A stretch of DNA of 64,000 nucleotides from Desulfatiglandales bacterium (GTDB lineage Bacteria > Desulfobacterota > DSM-4660 > Desulfatiglandales > HGW-15), in assembly GCA_963667015.2 (NCBI GenBank), contig CAXXJJ010000004.1, forward strand, positions 1,984,001-2,048,000, read 5' to 3'. Position numbers and translations under genes: made by a program. Each line of letters starts with the position of its first letter. Position 1 is the first letter of the stretch. This document shows, one piece after another, positions 42,328 to 52,597 of the stretch. The notes under the pieces are model-generated. The model was not told where the DNA came from, did not search any database, and worked only from the letters and a program-made list of their open reading frames with translations.

Positions 42328-43125
42328 ATGACAAACAGGATACTCCAGCACGCCATACCAATATCAGTGATATTTGCCCTTATATTATCCATATCTCCAT
42401 TTGCCTGCATGGCATCGGAAACTGTCAAAAATAAAAGCAGTATGGTATTGGGTGTTTACCCCCATGATAAAAATTCCCAGACCGAGGGATTGATTTACCT
42501 TAACGGTTTTATATACGAGGGAACAGGGCCGTGCAAAGACGGGCCTTCAAGCCTGCGAAAAATTGAATTAAAAACCGGTAAAATCCTGCAGTACCTTTCA
42601 TTGCCATCCCCTGTTTTTGGCGAAGGTATTACTGTATTTGGTGACAGGATCATTCAATTAACCTACAAAGCTAAAACCGGTTATGTATACGGTCTTGAAA
42701 AATTCAACCTTATCAGAAAATTCAGCTATGAAACAGAAGGCTGGGGACTTACCAATGATGGAAGATACCTGATAATGAGTGACGGCACATCAACTCTTCA
42801 CTTTATGGATCCGGAGACATTTGAAGAAACAAAAAAGATACAGGTACATGATGATAATGGTGAAGTACGGGCTGTGAATGAACTGGAATATATAAACGGA
42901 TACATATATGCCAATATCTTTTTGACTGACAATATAAAAAAAATATGCCCGGATACTGGAAAAGTTCTGAAAACATTTAGACTGAATCAAATATTAAAAG
43001 GTTATTATAGATCAACCTTTGACGATCCGGCCAACGGGATAGCCTATGACCCTGAAAATGATCATCTGCTGGTTACAGGAAAATACTGGCCATATCTTTT
43101 CAGGATAAAACTCCCAAATGAATAA
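42328..43125 (+). CDS. Glutaminyl-peptide cyclotransferase (type I QC), exported
   Basis: YPHD..TEGL, FGEGIT, QLTY, EGWGLT, MSDGT, NELEYI, NGIAYD, VTGKYW. Confidence 0.9.
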   Translation: MTNRILQHAIPISVIFALILSISPFACMASETVKNKSSMVLGVYPHDKNSQTEGLIYLNGFIYEGTGPCKDGPSSLRKIELKTGKILQYLSLPSPVFGEGITVFGDRIIQLTYKAKTGYVYGLEKFNLIRKFSYETEGWGLTNDGRYLIMSDGTSTLHFMDPETFEETKKIQVHDDNGEVRAVNELEYINGYIYANIFLTDNIKKICPDTGKVLKTFRLNQILKGYYRSTFDDPANGIAYDPENDHLLVTGKYWPYLFRIKLPNE

Positions 43126-43182
43126 CATTTATTTAAATCTACATAATACTTGTAATTATCACCGCTTAGTGAAAGGTAAAAA

Positions 43183-43710
43183 ATGCTTTTTGAATTCGAA
43201 GGCAAAAATCCAGCAGCAGGACCGGAAACCTATATAAGTGAACTGGCAAATGTTATAGGTGATGTAAGGATTGGAAAAAACTGCTATATCGGGCATGGTG
43301 CAATCCTGAGGGGGGATTACGGCAAAATAGAGATAGGGGATGGTACTGCAGTGGAAGAAGGTGTAATTATACATGCACCACCCGGAGAACTGTGCAATAT
43401 CAGGAACAAGGTCACGCTGGGTCATGGGGCAATAATCCACTCAAAATATATTGGTGAACTGGCGGTTATAGGGATGGGGGCAATTTTGAGTATAAGATCC
43501 GAGGTCCAGACCCGCAGTATAATTGCCGAAGGCACTGTTGTTAAGCAGAACCAGATTATACCGCCTGAGGTTGTTGCAGCAGGAAATCCTGCAAAGGTTA
43601 TACGGGGAATAAATCAAAGAGATGAAGAACACTGGAATATGGGTAAACAGATGTATATAGACCTTGCAAAACGCTATTTACAGAATCCCATGAGGCCTGT
43701 TTACGGATAG
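43183..43710 (+). CDS. Gamma carbonic anhydrase family (hexapeptide repeat) protein
   Basis: VIGDV.IG, LRGD, IIH, TLGHGAIIH, IGMGA, GNPAK. Confidence 0.88.
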   Translation: MLFEFEGKNPAAGPETYISELANVIGDVRIGKNCYIGHGAILRGDYGKIEIGDGTAVEEGVIIHAPPGELCNIRNKVTLGHGAIIHSKYIGELAVIGMGAILSIRSEVQTRSIIAEGTVVKQNQIIPPEVVAAGNPAKVIRGINQRDEEHWNMGKQMYIDLAKRYLQNPMRPVYG

Positions 43711-43738
43711 ATAATACAACTCGGAAAGGAAATGCATA

Positions 43739-44161
43739 ATGATTGAAAATGGCTGGTATACCACACAAACGCGTGTAAGATATAAGGATACCGATCGAAT
43801 GGGTGTGGTATATTACGGGAACTATCTTACATTTTTTGAAGTGGGCAGGGCTGAATATATGAGGGCACTCGGTTACCCATATACAAAACTTGAGGGCAAA
43901 GGTTCTTCCCTTGCAGTTATTGAAGCATCAGCAAAATATCATGCAAACGTCGGCTATGATGAGCTCATCACAGTAAAAACCTCTATTTCCGATATGGGGA
44001 GAGTCCGGCTGCGCTTTGACTACAAGATTTTTTCCGAGGACAACACACTTCTTGTAACAGGTTTTACAGTTCATGCCTGCGTCAGCAATGGCAATAAACC
44101 ATCAAGAATCCCCGAAGATCTCGTCGATGCTGTAAAAATAATGCAGACTACGCAGGGTTAA
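43739..44161 (+). CDS. YbgC/FadM family acyl-CoA thioesterase
   Basis: RVRY.DTD.MGVVYYGNY..FFEVGR. Confidence 0.9.
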   Translation: MIENGWYTTQTRVRYKDTDRMGVVYYGNYLTFFEVGRAEYMRALGYPYTKLEGKGSSLAVIEASAKYHANVGYDELITVKTSISDMGRVRLRFDYKIFSEDNTLLVTGFTVHACVSNGNKPSRIPEDLVDAVKIMQTTQG

Positions 44162-44188
44162 TCCCATTTATAAAATATTGGAGCACAT

Positions 44189-45004
44189 ATGAATTTTATA
44201 GACAAACTGAAGGCAAGGTGGAAATCCTCCAATTCACTCCTGTGCGTCGGCCTTGATCCTGACATGAATAAAATCCCTGAACACATCCGGGAGACGGAAA
44301 AACCCATATTTGAATTCAACCGGATTGTTATTGACTCAACACACGACCTTGTCTGTGCCTACAAGCCTCAGATAGCATACTATTCTGCCTTTGGGGCTGA
44401 AAATGAACTTGCCCTCACAATTGAATATATCGGAAGGAATTATCCTGACATACCGGTAATCCTTGATGCAAAACGAGGAGATATAGGAGCAACCGCCAGG
44501 ATGTATGCAATAGAGGCCTTTGACAGGTACGGGGCAGATGCTGTTACAGTAAATCCTTATATGGGAGGAGACACACTCAAGCCTTTTCTGGACAGGGAGG
44601 ATAATGGCACAGTGATCCTCTGCAGGACTTCAAACCCTGGGGCGAGGGATTTGCAGGATATTGAGTCAGATAATGAAAAAATTTACCGGATAATTGCAAA
44701 ACGCGCTGCATCTGACTGGAACTACAACAGGAATATCATGCTTGTTGTCGGTGCTACATACCCTGAAGAACTGGGGGAGATCAGGGAAATCACAGGCGAG
44801 ATCCCCTTTCTTGTGCCTGGAATAGGCGCACAGGGAGGAGATGTCGAAAAGGCGGTTACAAACGGAAAGACACCTGACGGAACAGGCATGGCTATTAATT
44901 CTTCACGTGGAATAATATATGCGGGAAACGGGAGAGATTTTTCAACCGCGGTCCGAAAGGCCGCCATGGACCTGCGTGATGAAATAAACTTATACAGGCA
45001 ATAA
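44189..45004 (+). CDS. pyrF: Orotidine-5'-phosphate decarboxylase (type 2)
   Basis: LCVGLDP, YKPQ, LDAKRGDIG.T, VTVNPYMG, LVPGIGAQGG. Confidence 0.95.
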   Translation: MNFIDKLKARWKSSNSLLCVGLDPDMNKIPEHIRETEKPIFEFNRIVIDSTHDLVCAYKPQIAYYSAFGAENELALTIEYIGRNYPDIPVILDAKRGDIGATARMYAIEAFDRYGADAVTVNPYMGGDTLKPFLDREDNGTVILCRTSNPGARDLQDIESDNEKIYRIIAKRAASDWNYNRNIMLVVGATYPEELGEIREITGEIPFLVPGIGAQGGDVEKAVTNGKTPDGTGMAINSSRGIIYAGNGRDFSTAVRKAAMDLRDEINLYRQ

Positions 45005-45020
45005 ATTATTTCGGCAATAT

Positions 45021-45048
45021 GGAACCTTTTTACAGGAAAATTGTCAAA
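45021..45048 (+). promoter_or_regulatory. ECF (sigmaE-type) promoter upstream of the ECF sigma gene
   Basis: GGAACC-N16-GTCAAA. Confidence 0.75.
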
Positions 45049-45067
45049 TTCAACGAAAGCAGAAAAA

Positions 45068-45658
45068 ATGACCAGCAGCGACAGCCCTGAAAATGATTCT
45101 GATCTCGTATACGCCTTTACCAGGGGAGATCACTCGGCCTTTGAAAAAATTGTTCTAAAATACCAGGACCGGGTGTATAATTTATGCTATCGTTTTCTGG
45201 GTGATAAACAGGAGGCAGAAGATTCTGCACAGGAGGTTTTTATCAAGGTATACAAGGCATTAAAAGGATTTAAGCTTAAATCATCCTTTTATACCTGGCT
45301 TTACAGGATTGTTATTAACACCTGCAAAAACAGGATAAAATCACTTGAATACAGGCGGGCAAAAGCCAGGGTTTCTATCGATGATGATAAGGAGAAGAGA
45401 GATCACAGCATCTCAGGAATTATCGATAAAAACAACCTGCCGGATACAAATCTTGAACAAAAGGAAAAAATTAAAAGGATTCAGCAGGCAATAAACAGTC
45501 TTCCTCCTGACCAGAAAGCAATGGTGATACTTCGCGATATTGAAGGTTTATCCTATGACGAGATCGCAGATATCACAAAAAACAGGCTTGGAACGGTCAA
45601 ATCAAAACTATCCAGGGCCAGGCTGGGTCTAAGGAACAAACTTGAGGGGATAATTTGA
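45068..45658 (+). CDS. ECF RNA polymerase sigma factor (RpoE/SigW-like; start revised to ATG 45068)
   Basis: GD.SAFE.IV.KYQ, AED.AQEVFIK, SSFYTWLYRI, GLSYDEIA, GTVKSKLSRAR. Confidence 0.92.
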   Translation: MTSSDSPENDSDLVYAFTRGDHSAFEKIVLKYQDRVYNLCYRFLGDKQEAEDSAQEVFIKVYKALKGFKLKSSFYTWLYRIVINTCKNRIKSLEYRRAKARVSIDDDKEKRDHSISGIIDKNNLPDTNLEQKEKIKRIQQAINSLPPDQKAMVILRDIEGLSYDEIADITKNRLGTVKSKLSRARLGLRNKLEGII

Positions 45659-45659
45659 A

Positions 45660-46430
45660 ATGGAATGTAATAAAATAAAATCTCTCCTTTCGGAATACCT
45701 GGACAGGACACTCCAGAGCGATATCAGCAGGGAAATCAAAGATCACCTGCTGTCATGTAAAGACTGCAGCAATGATTTTTTCCTGATGAAATCAATATCG
45801 GACGAAATTGCCGGACTTGAAAGAATAAAGGCTCCAAATTATCTATTGAACAGGGTAAATCAGGCCATAGCATCTCCCTCATGGCTATCGAAGATATTTG
45901 ATTTCATCCCGGGATCAGGCGGTTTCAAGGTCCCCATGGAGTTTGCCACCTTTGCAACAACAGTAGTGTTAGTCTTTTTAATATTTTCCAATATTAACAT
46001 TGAAAGAAAAAAAAATGTAATGGTAGCAGACTCCGGCAGACAGAACACTGTTATGAGCAAAGAGTCCAGTGGACCGGTTCGGCTCGAATTTATTCCTGAA
46101 GCCGGTACAATATTACAAAGAGTACCTTCGAACACGGGCGACGATGTTGTTTCTGTGACCACAGAACAGGTATCAGATATAAATCCTGACAATCTGGTAT
46201 CAAACATTAATGGAATTGTCCGTCTCGTAGGCGGAGATATAGTTTCAAGAGAATTTGCACGTAACAGCGGAAAAATCGATGCCATTACTGTTCAAATTCC
46301 TCCTCAAAGCTACAGCTCATTTATCAACAGGGTAGAAAAAATGGGACGATTTGATCCCCCTGCACCATCATTACCTCACCAGTATCCTGACCCTGTTCTT
46401 CTTCGTATAAGGTTGAATCTTTCAGAATAG
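45660..46430 (+). CDS. Zinc-finger (HxxxCxxC) transmembrane anti-sigma factor
   Basis: MEC...LSEYLD, HLLSCKDC, single TM, follows the ECF sigma gene. Confidence 0.85.
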   Translation: MECNKIKSLLSEYLDRTLQSDISREIKDHLLSCKDCSNDFFLMKSISDEIAGLERIKAPNYLLNRVNQAIASPSWLSKIFDFIPGSGGFKVPMEFATFATTVVLVFLIFSNINIERKKNVMVADSGRQNTVMSKESSGPVRLEFIPEAGTILQRVPSNTGDDVVSVTTEQVSDINPDNLVSNINGIVRLVGGDIVSREFARNSGKIDAITVQIPPQSYSSFINRVEKMGRFDPPAPSLPHQYPDPVLLRIRLNLSE

Positions 46431-46504
46431 TAATTATTGTTTTCTATTCTGTATTGCAGGTAATAATTTTTATGTCTTGCCAGTGGGAGCAAAAATATTT
46501 TTAG

Positions 46505-46532
46505 GGAACATTTTTTTAACCGGTTTGTCTAA
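46505..46532 (+). promoter_or_regulatory. ECF (sigmaE-type) promoter upstream of degP
   Basis: GGAACA-N16-GTCTAA, same spacing as the promoter at 45021. Confidence 0.75.
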
Positions 46533-46578
46533 TATATCAAATTCAGCAGGCATTAACCTGGAAAGAAGGAGTATAAAA

Positions 46579-48027
46579 ATGGAAAATAAATATAATATAC
46601 AATCATACAGGCTTTTCCTGAAGAAACACGCTGCGAGTGCCATAATTATGGCACTGGTGTCTGTATTGGTTCTTCTGCCTTTTGCATCATCTGCCATAGC
46701 CAAATCAGCACCGGAAAGTTTTTCAGGCCTTGTTAAAAAGGCGAGCCCTTCGGTAGTGTATATCAGCACTAAAAAGATAATCAAACAAAGGTCTCTTTCT
46801 CCGTTCGGGCAAAATGACCCTCTCAGGGATTTATTGGAACAATTTTATGGAAATCGTATCCCCCGGGACATTCCGCAAACCGGTTTAGGTACAGGCTTTA
46901 TAATTGATAAAGAGGGTTATATATTAACCAATAACCATGTTGTGGATTCCGTTGACGAAATTAAGGTCACCCTTGAAGATGAAAGTGTTTTTGAGGCAAA
47001 AATAATTGGACGTGACCCTGAAACCGATATTGCCCTTATAAAAATTGATGACGCCAAAGACCTTAAACCGCTGGAACTTGGTGACTCCGACAATATGGAG
47101 GTTGGCGACTGGGTCGTGGCAATAGGGAATCCATACGGCCTTGGACACACTGTAACTGCGGGTATTGTAAGTGCAAAATTCAGGAACAATGTTATGGGTG
47201 GGACTTTTGATAACTTTATTCAGACAGATGCATCAATTAACCCAGGAAATAGCGGTGGGCCTTTGATGAACATCAATGGTGAGGTAATAGGTATTAACTC
47301 AGCTATTTTTTCCCAGACAGGAGGAAGTGTCGGGATAGGTTTTGCCATTCCAATTAACATGGCAAAGGATATTCTCCCTATGCTCAAAACAGGTAAAATA
47401 TCAAGGGGCTATCTTGGTGTGAACGTTCAGAATATTGACCCCGATTTTAAAGAAAAACTTAACCTAAAAGATGAAAACGGTGCACTTGTAATAAGCGTAT
47501 CTACTGGAGGTCCTTCTGATAAGGCCGGATTAAAAACATATGATGTAATTATTTCATTTGAAGGAAAACCGGTTAAAGACATGAACAATTTAATACGACA
47601 TGTTTCTTCAACACCTGTAGGGACTGATGCGGAAGTAGTGGTTATCAGAAAGGGTGATAAAAAGACATTTCATGTAAAACTTGGCGAGAGACCCGGCTCA
47701 GATGAATATGTGGATGGAAATCAATCCTACAGATTGAACCTTGGAATGGAACTGGAGACCCTGACACCTGAAACAGCAAGGAGATACGGAATATCAGACA
47801 ATGAAGGTCTTCTGGTTCTGGATGTAGATTTCAACTCTCCTGCCGCTGAAGCAGGATTAAGGCAGGGCGATGTAATACTCGAAGTTGACCGTGAAAAAGC
47901 AACAACGGTTGAAGAGTTTGACAAAAAACTGCGGGATTATAAACCAGGGGATAAGGTTCTACTCCTGATGAAACGCAGAAATAATACAATATTAACTACA
48001 CTCAGAATCTGGAAAGACCAGGAATAA
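46579..48027 (+). CDS. degP: Do/DegP/HtrA serine protease with two PDZ domains (start revised to ATG 46579)
   Basis: AAGGAG RBS; signal peptide; LTNNHVV, TDIAL, QTDASINPGNSGGPL; two PDZ domains. Confidence 0.92.
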   Translation: MENKYNIQSYRLFLKKHAASAIIMALVSVLVLLPFASSAIAKSAPESFSGLVKKASPSVVYISTKKIIKQRSLSPFGQNDPLRDLLEQFYGNRIPRDIPQTGLGTGFIIDKEGYILTNNHVVDSVDEIKVTLEDESVFEAKIIGRDPETDIALIKIDDAKDLKPLELGDSDNMEVGDWVVAIGNPYGLGHTVTAGIVSAKFRNNVMGGTFDNFIQTDASINPGNSGGPLMNINGEVIGINSAIFSQTGGSVGIGFAIPINMAKDILPMLKTGKISRGYLGVNVQNIDPDFKEKLNLKDENGALVISVSTGGPSDKAGLKTYDVIISFEGKPVKDMNNLIRHVSSTPVGTDAEVVVIRKGDKKTFHVKLGERPGSDEYVDGNQSYRLNLGMELETLTPETARRYGISDNEGLLVLDVDFNSPAAEAGLRQGDVILEVDREKATTVEEFDKKLRDYKPGDKVLLLMKRRNNTILTTLRIWKDQE

Positions 48028-48045
48028 CCATATAAATTCCGGAAT

Positions 48046-48089
48046 AAAAACTCCCTCTTTGCCCCTCCTCCCGGCAAAGGGGGTGTTTT
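48046..48089. terminator. Bidirectional intrinsic terminator between degP and aspS
   Basis: AAAAA-CTCCCTCTTTGCC...GGCAAAGGGGGTG-TTTT. Confidence 0.7.
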
Positions 48090-48090
48090 G

Positions 48091-49878
48091 TTATTTCTCT
48101 TTTATTGCAAGGCCAAGTTCTTTTAGCTGATCGTCATCCACCATAGATGGGGCATTGGTAAGCAGACATGATGCACTGGATGTTTTTGGAAAGGCAATGA
48201 CCTCCCTTATAGAATCCACACCCGACATTATAGCCACAAGCCGATCAAATCCAATGGCCATACCTGCATGTGGAGGGGCACCGTATCTGAGAGCTTCCAG
48301 CAGAAAACCGAACTTGCTGTCGGCTTCCTCTTTTGAAATTCCGAGCACATTGAATATCTTCTCCTGCATAGCCATATCATGAATACGGACACTTCCTCCG
48401 CCAACTTCAACACCGTTTAAAACAAGATCATAGGACCTCGACCTTGCCTTGTCCGGGTTTTCATCGAGCAGGAAAACCTCTTCATTAAGGGGCGCAGTAA
48501 AAGGATGATGAATAGCCTGATAGCGGCCCTCATCTTCATCATATTCAACTAAAGGGAATTTAGTCACCCAGAGGAAATCAAACCTGTCTTCAGGTATAAG
48601 ATTCAACCTCCCGGCAATATTGAGTCTTAGCGCTCCCAGGGACTGGTAAACAACACTCGGTTTATCTGCCACTATCAGGAGCAGATCGCCAGTACCGGCA
48701 TCAAGTGTCTCTTCAATGGAGGTCTTTTCCTCATCAGTAAAAAATTTTGCAATGGGTGACTGCCAGGCATCATCATTAACTTTTATCCAGGCAAGTCCTT
48801 TGGCTCCGAATCCTGCAACATAGGCTGATAATTCATCAAGTATCTTTCTGGAGAAATCTGATACGGCACCCTTTACATTAATAGCCTTTACAACTCCACC
48901 ATTTTCTACAGCGCCTTTAAAGACCTTGAAACCACAGCCTGCAGCAATACCTGAAATATCCTTCAGTTCCATACCAAATCTGGTATCAGGCCGGTCGGTT
49001 CCAAACCTTTCCATTGCCTCGCTGTATTCCATATGGGGTATGGGATCAACAATATCCCTGTCAAGGATATCTTTAAAAAGCTTTTTTACCATTCCCTCAA
49101 AGACATTCATCACATCATCTTCATTTGCAAAGGACATCTCAAGGTCAACCTGCGTAAACTCCGGCTGCCTGTCAGCACGCAGGTCTTCATCCCTGAAACA
49201 TCTTACTATCTGATAATATTTTTCAAAACCCGCAACCATTAAAAGCTGCTTGAACAACTGCGGTGACTGGGGAAGTGCATAAAACATTCCCTCACTAACC
49301 CTGCTTGGCACAAGGTAATCCCTGGCGCCTTCCGGAGTACTCTTTGTAAGTATGGGAGTTTCCACCTCGAGAAATCCCCTTGTATTTAGATATTCCCTTA
49401 TGCAGGCCGCCATCATGTGGCGTCTTTTAAAATTCCGAAATATTTTCGGTCGTCTCAGTTCAAGGTAACGATATTTGAGCCGGAGTGTTTCAGAAGCGTC
49501 CACAGCACCGTCAACCTGAAAAGGAGGGACCTCAGTCTTATTCAGTATTTTTAGTTCCTTTACCACAATCTCAATCGCGCCTGTGGGCATATTTTCATTT
49601 TCCTGCCCTTCAAGACGTTTTGTTACAACTCCCTTTACTGCAATAACCCATTCATTCCTTAAAACATGGGCCTTTTCATGGCTTTGTTTTTCTGCCTGGG
49701 GGTCAAAAACAATCTGGGTGATACCATCCCTGTCTCTTAAATCAATAAATATCAGGTTACCGAAATCACGCCTGCTGTTGACCCAGCCCATTAACAGAAC
49801 TTCTTTTCTTTCATCTTCTATTCTCAGACTTCCGCAGTCATGAGTTCTTTTCCAATTTTCAAGTGTGTCTATTACCAT
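48091..49878 (-). CDS. aspS: Aspartate--tRNA ligase
   Basis: RTH.CG, FIDLRD, TPEGARDY, LPQSPQLFKQ, CFRDEDLRADRQPEFTQ, GAPPH. Confidence 0.98.
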   Translation of the reverse strand: MVIDTLENWKRTHDCGSLRIEDERKEVLLMGWVNSRRDFGNLIFIDLRDRDGITQIVFDPQAEKQSHEKAHVLRNEWVIAVKGVVTKRLEGQENENMPTGAIEIVVKELKILNKTEVPPFQVDGAVDASETLRLKYRYLELRRPKIFRNFKRRHMMAACIREYLNTRGFLEVETPILTKSTPEGARDYLVPSRVSEGMFYALPQSPQLFKQLLMVAGFEKYYQIVRCFRDEDLRADRQPEFTQVDLEMSFANEDDVMNVFEGMVKKLFKDILDRDIVDPIPHMEYSEAMERFGTDRPDTRFGMELKDISGIAAGCGFKVFKGAVENGGVVKAINVKGAVSDFSRKILDELSAYVAGFGAKGLAWIKVNDDAWQSPIAKFFTDEEKTSIEETLDAGTGDLLLIVADKPSVVYQSLGALRLNIAGRLNLIPEDRFDFLWVTKFPLVEYDEDEGRYQAIHHPFTAPLNEEVFLLDENPDKARSRSYDLVLNGVEVGGGSVRIHDMAMQEKIFNVLGISKEEADSKFGFLLEALRYGAPPHAGMAIGFDRLVAIMSGVDSIREVIAFPKTSSASCLLTNAPSMVDDDQLKELGLAIKEK

Positions 49879-49907
49879 AATATCACCCTGTTCTTTTCAG
49901 GCCATAG

Positions 49908-51164
49908 TTATAAAATTATTTTTATGAGATTTTCTATAAGGCTATCAATGGGAATATCAATCTGTTCCTTTGTTTCCATATTCCTCAATACAACCTGTCC
50001 TTTTGAAAGCTCATCTTCACCTACAATCAAGACCCTTTTTGCATTAAGTTTGTCAGCTTTCTTCATCTGAGCCTTCATACTTTTTGTTTCATACTCAAAC
50101 TCCACGGATATGCCTTCTCTTCTGAGACGGTTAGACCACAAAAAGGTCCTGTTGAAAGCATCATCTCCCAGGGCGACAATAAACAGGTCGGGGACATCCG
50201 GTAAAATTTTTCTTTCCTCTTCCAGTAGGGCAACAAGACGTTCAAAACCGATGGCAAATCCCATTCCACTGTGTTCAGGACCATCCAACTGGCTTATCAG
50301 GCCATCATACCTGCCGCCTCCGGCAACAGCATTCTGGGTTCCAAGTTTATCCGTCTGGATCTCAAAAGTTGTCCGCGAATAGTAATCAAGTCCTCTTACA
50401 AGGCTGTGATTCACGGTATATGGAATATTAAAGCCGTCCAGATACTGCTTTAAAAGAGTAAAATGCTCCTTACAGTCATCACATATATGATCAATTATGA
50501 TCGGGGCATCAACCATGACTTGTTTACATAACTCCACCTTGCAGTCAAACACTCTCAGCGGATTAAGGTCCGCCCGATTCCGGCATTCACTGCAAAGGGA
50601 TTCTGATTTATCCGAAAGAAATTCCTTGAGTTTGGTTTTAAATTCTCCCCTGCATGACGTACACCCAAGAGAGTTGATATTAAGTGTAACACCTGTAAGA
50701 CCAACCTTTTCAAAAATGCGCATGGCCATATTAATAAGATCAGCATCAGATCCTGGCCCTGAATCACCGAAAATCTCGGCATTTATCTGGTGAAACTGTC
50801 TGAACCTTCCCTTCTGTGGTCTTTCATGCCTGAACATCGGTCCGATTGAATAAAGCTTCTGCACAGGGTTGGAATTATAAAGCCTGTTCTGAATATATGC
50901 TCTTACGACGGAAGCCGTAGCTTCGGGTCTCAGGGTTTGTTTTCTTCCTTTACTGTCTTCAAGCGTGTACATCTCCTTGGATACAATATCCGTCTCCTGA
51001 CCGATTCCCCGGCTGAACAATTCTGTCCACTCAAGCAGAGGGGTTCTGATTTCTTTGTATCCAAATACCCGAAAGACCTCGCGGGCATTTTTTTCAATCC
51101 ACTGCCACATAGCGGTTTCTTCGGGCAGTATATCTTTAAATCCTTTTATTGTACTGATACTCAT
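49908..51164 (-). CDS. hisS: Histidine--tRNA ligase
   Basis: LRPEATAS, FRHERPQKGRFRQFHQ, LVRGLDYY, GGRYDGL. Confidence 0.98.
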   Translation of the reverse strand: MSISTIKGFKDILPEETAMWQWIEKNAREVFRVFGYKEIRTPLLEWTELFSRGIGQETDIVSKEMYTLEDSKGRKQTLRPEATASVVRAYIQNRLYNSNPVQKLYSIGPMFRHERPQKGRFRQFHQINAEIFGDSGPGSDADLINMAMRIFEKVGLTGVTLNINSLGCTSCRGEFKTKLKEFLSDKSESLCSECRNRADLNPLRVFDCKVELCKQVMVDAPIIIDHICDDCKEHFTLLKQYLDGFNIPYTVNHSLVRGLDYYSRTTFEIQTDKLGTQNAVAGGGRYDGLISQLDGPEHSGMGFAIGFERLVALLEEERKILPDVPDLFIVALGDDAFNRTFLWSNRLRREGISVEFEYETKSMKAQMKKADKLNAKRVLIVGEDELSKGQVVLRNMETKEQIDIPIDSLIENLIKIIL

Positions 51165-51184
51165 TATATATTTATCCCTTTAAT

Positions 51185-52561
51185 TCATATATGTTTTAAA
51201 GGACCTTTTCCAATGGCAAAGACATTAAAACCAATGTCAAAAAGATTTTTATGGTCCAGGATGTTTCTTCCGTCAAAAATAAACGCTGGTTTTTCCATTG
51301 AATCATATATGCGTTTATAGTCAAGGTCTTTATAAATATTCCATTCAGTCAGGATCGCAACAGCATGACTGTCTTCTGTTGCCTTATAAGGATCTTCTTC
51401 ATAATGTACATAATCACTGATATCTTCAAGATCCTTTCTGGCATTATCCAAGGCTTTGGGATCTGAAACCGTAACCATGGCATGTTCTTCAGCCAGCCCC
51501 TTTGCTATATAGATAGCAGGCGATTCCCTTGTATCCCCGGTATTGGCCTTAAAGGCAAACCCAAGCAAAGCAATCTTTTTCCCTGCTACAGTATTAAACA
51601 TGTTTGCAAGCATGGTCTGTACAAACCTTTTTTCCTGCCATTCATTAATTTTTACAACAGATTCCCAGTAATCGGCGACTTCATCAAGACCGTAATTACG
51701 GCAGATATAAACAAGGTTCAGTATATCCTTTTTAAAACATGATCCTCCAAAACCCACGCTTGATTTTAAAAATTTATTACCTATCCTGGAATCCGTACCG
51801 ATTGCATAGGCAACCTCTTCTATATCGGCTTCCGTCTTTTCACAGAGGGCAGAGAGTGAGTTGATTGATGATACACGCTGGGCAAGGAAGGCATTTGCAG
51901 TCAGTTTTGAGAGCTCGGCACTCCAGACATTTGATTCAATGATCTTGTCGCGTGGAACCCAGTTTGCATAAATCTCCACCACTTCTTTCCTGGCCCGTAT
52001 TCCCTCTTCAGTCTCCCTGGAACCAATTAGGACCCGGTCAGGTGCCTCAAGATCCTTTATTGCAGTACCTTCAGCGAGGAACTCGGGATTGGAAAGCACC
52101 TCAAAATTTATACCTTTGCTGTTACTATTCAGGATTCTTTCCATTGCCCTCGCGGTTCTTATTGGAAGCGTGGACTTTTCAATGATTATTTTACCCCTTT
52201 CCGAGTTAGCCAGTATCTGCCTGGCTGTCTTTTCCCAGTACTGAAGGTCAGCAGCCATTCCCGCGCCCTGCCCGAATGTCTTTGTTGGGGTATTAACTGA
52301 TACAAAAATAATATCAGCCTCTTTTATATTCCGGTCAATCTCGGTTGAGAAAAAGAGGTTCCTTTCCCTTGCTTCTTTTACCACTTCAAACAGGCCAGGC
52401 TCATATATGGGCAGGTTGTCACTCTGCCACTCCTGAATACGCTGTTCATTTATATCAACTACTGTAACCTTATATTGCGGGCACTTTAAGGCTATCATTG
52501 CCATGGTAGGACCACCAACATAACCGGCCCCTATGCACAGTATCTTCTTTTCAAAGTCCAT
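51185..52561 (-). CDS. ugd: UDP-glucose 6-dehydrogenase
   Basis: [50 protein letters not shown]. Confidence 0.93.
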   Translation of the reverse strand: MDFEKKILCIGAGYVGGPTMAMIALKCPQYKVTVVDINEQRIQEWQSDNLPIYEPGLFEVVKEARERNLFFSTEIDRNIKEADIIFVSVNTPTKTFGQGAGMAADLQYWEKTARQILANSERGKIIIEKSTLPIRTARAMERILNSNSKGINFEVLSNPEFLAEGTAIKDLEAPDRVLIGSRETEEGIRARKEVVEIYANWVPRDKIIESNVWSAELSKLTANAFLAQRVSSINSLSALCEKTEADIEEVAYAIGTDSRIGNKFLKSSVGFGGSCFKKDILNLVYICRNYGLDEVADYWESVVKINEWQEKRFVQTMLANMFNTVAGKKIALLGFAFKANTGDTRESPAIYIAKGLAEEHAMVTVSDPKALDNARKDLEDISDYVHYEEDPYKATEDSHAVAILTEWNIYKDLDYKRIYDSMEKPAFIFDGRNILDHKNLFDIGFNVFAIGKGPLKHI

Positions 52562-52597
52562 TTCATTCCTCTGGTTACATTTTATATTATCGCTCAG

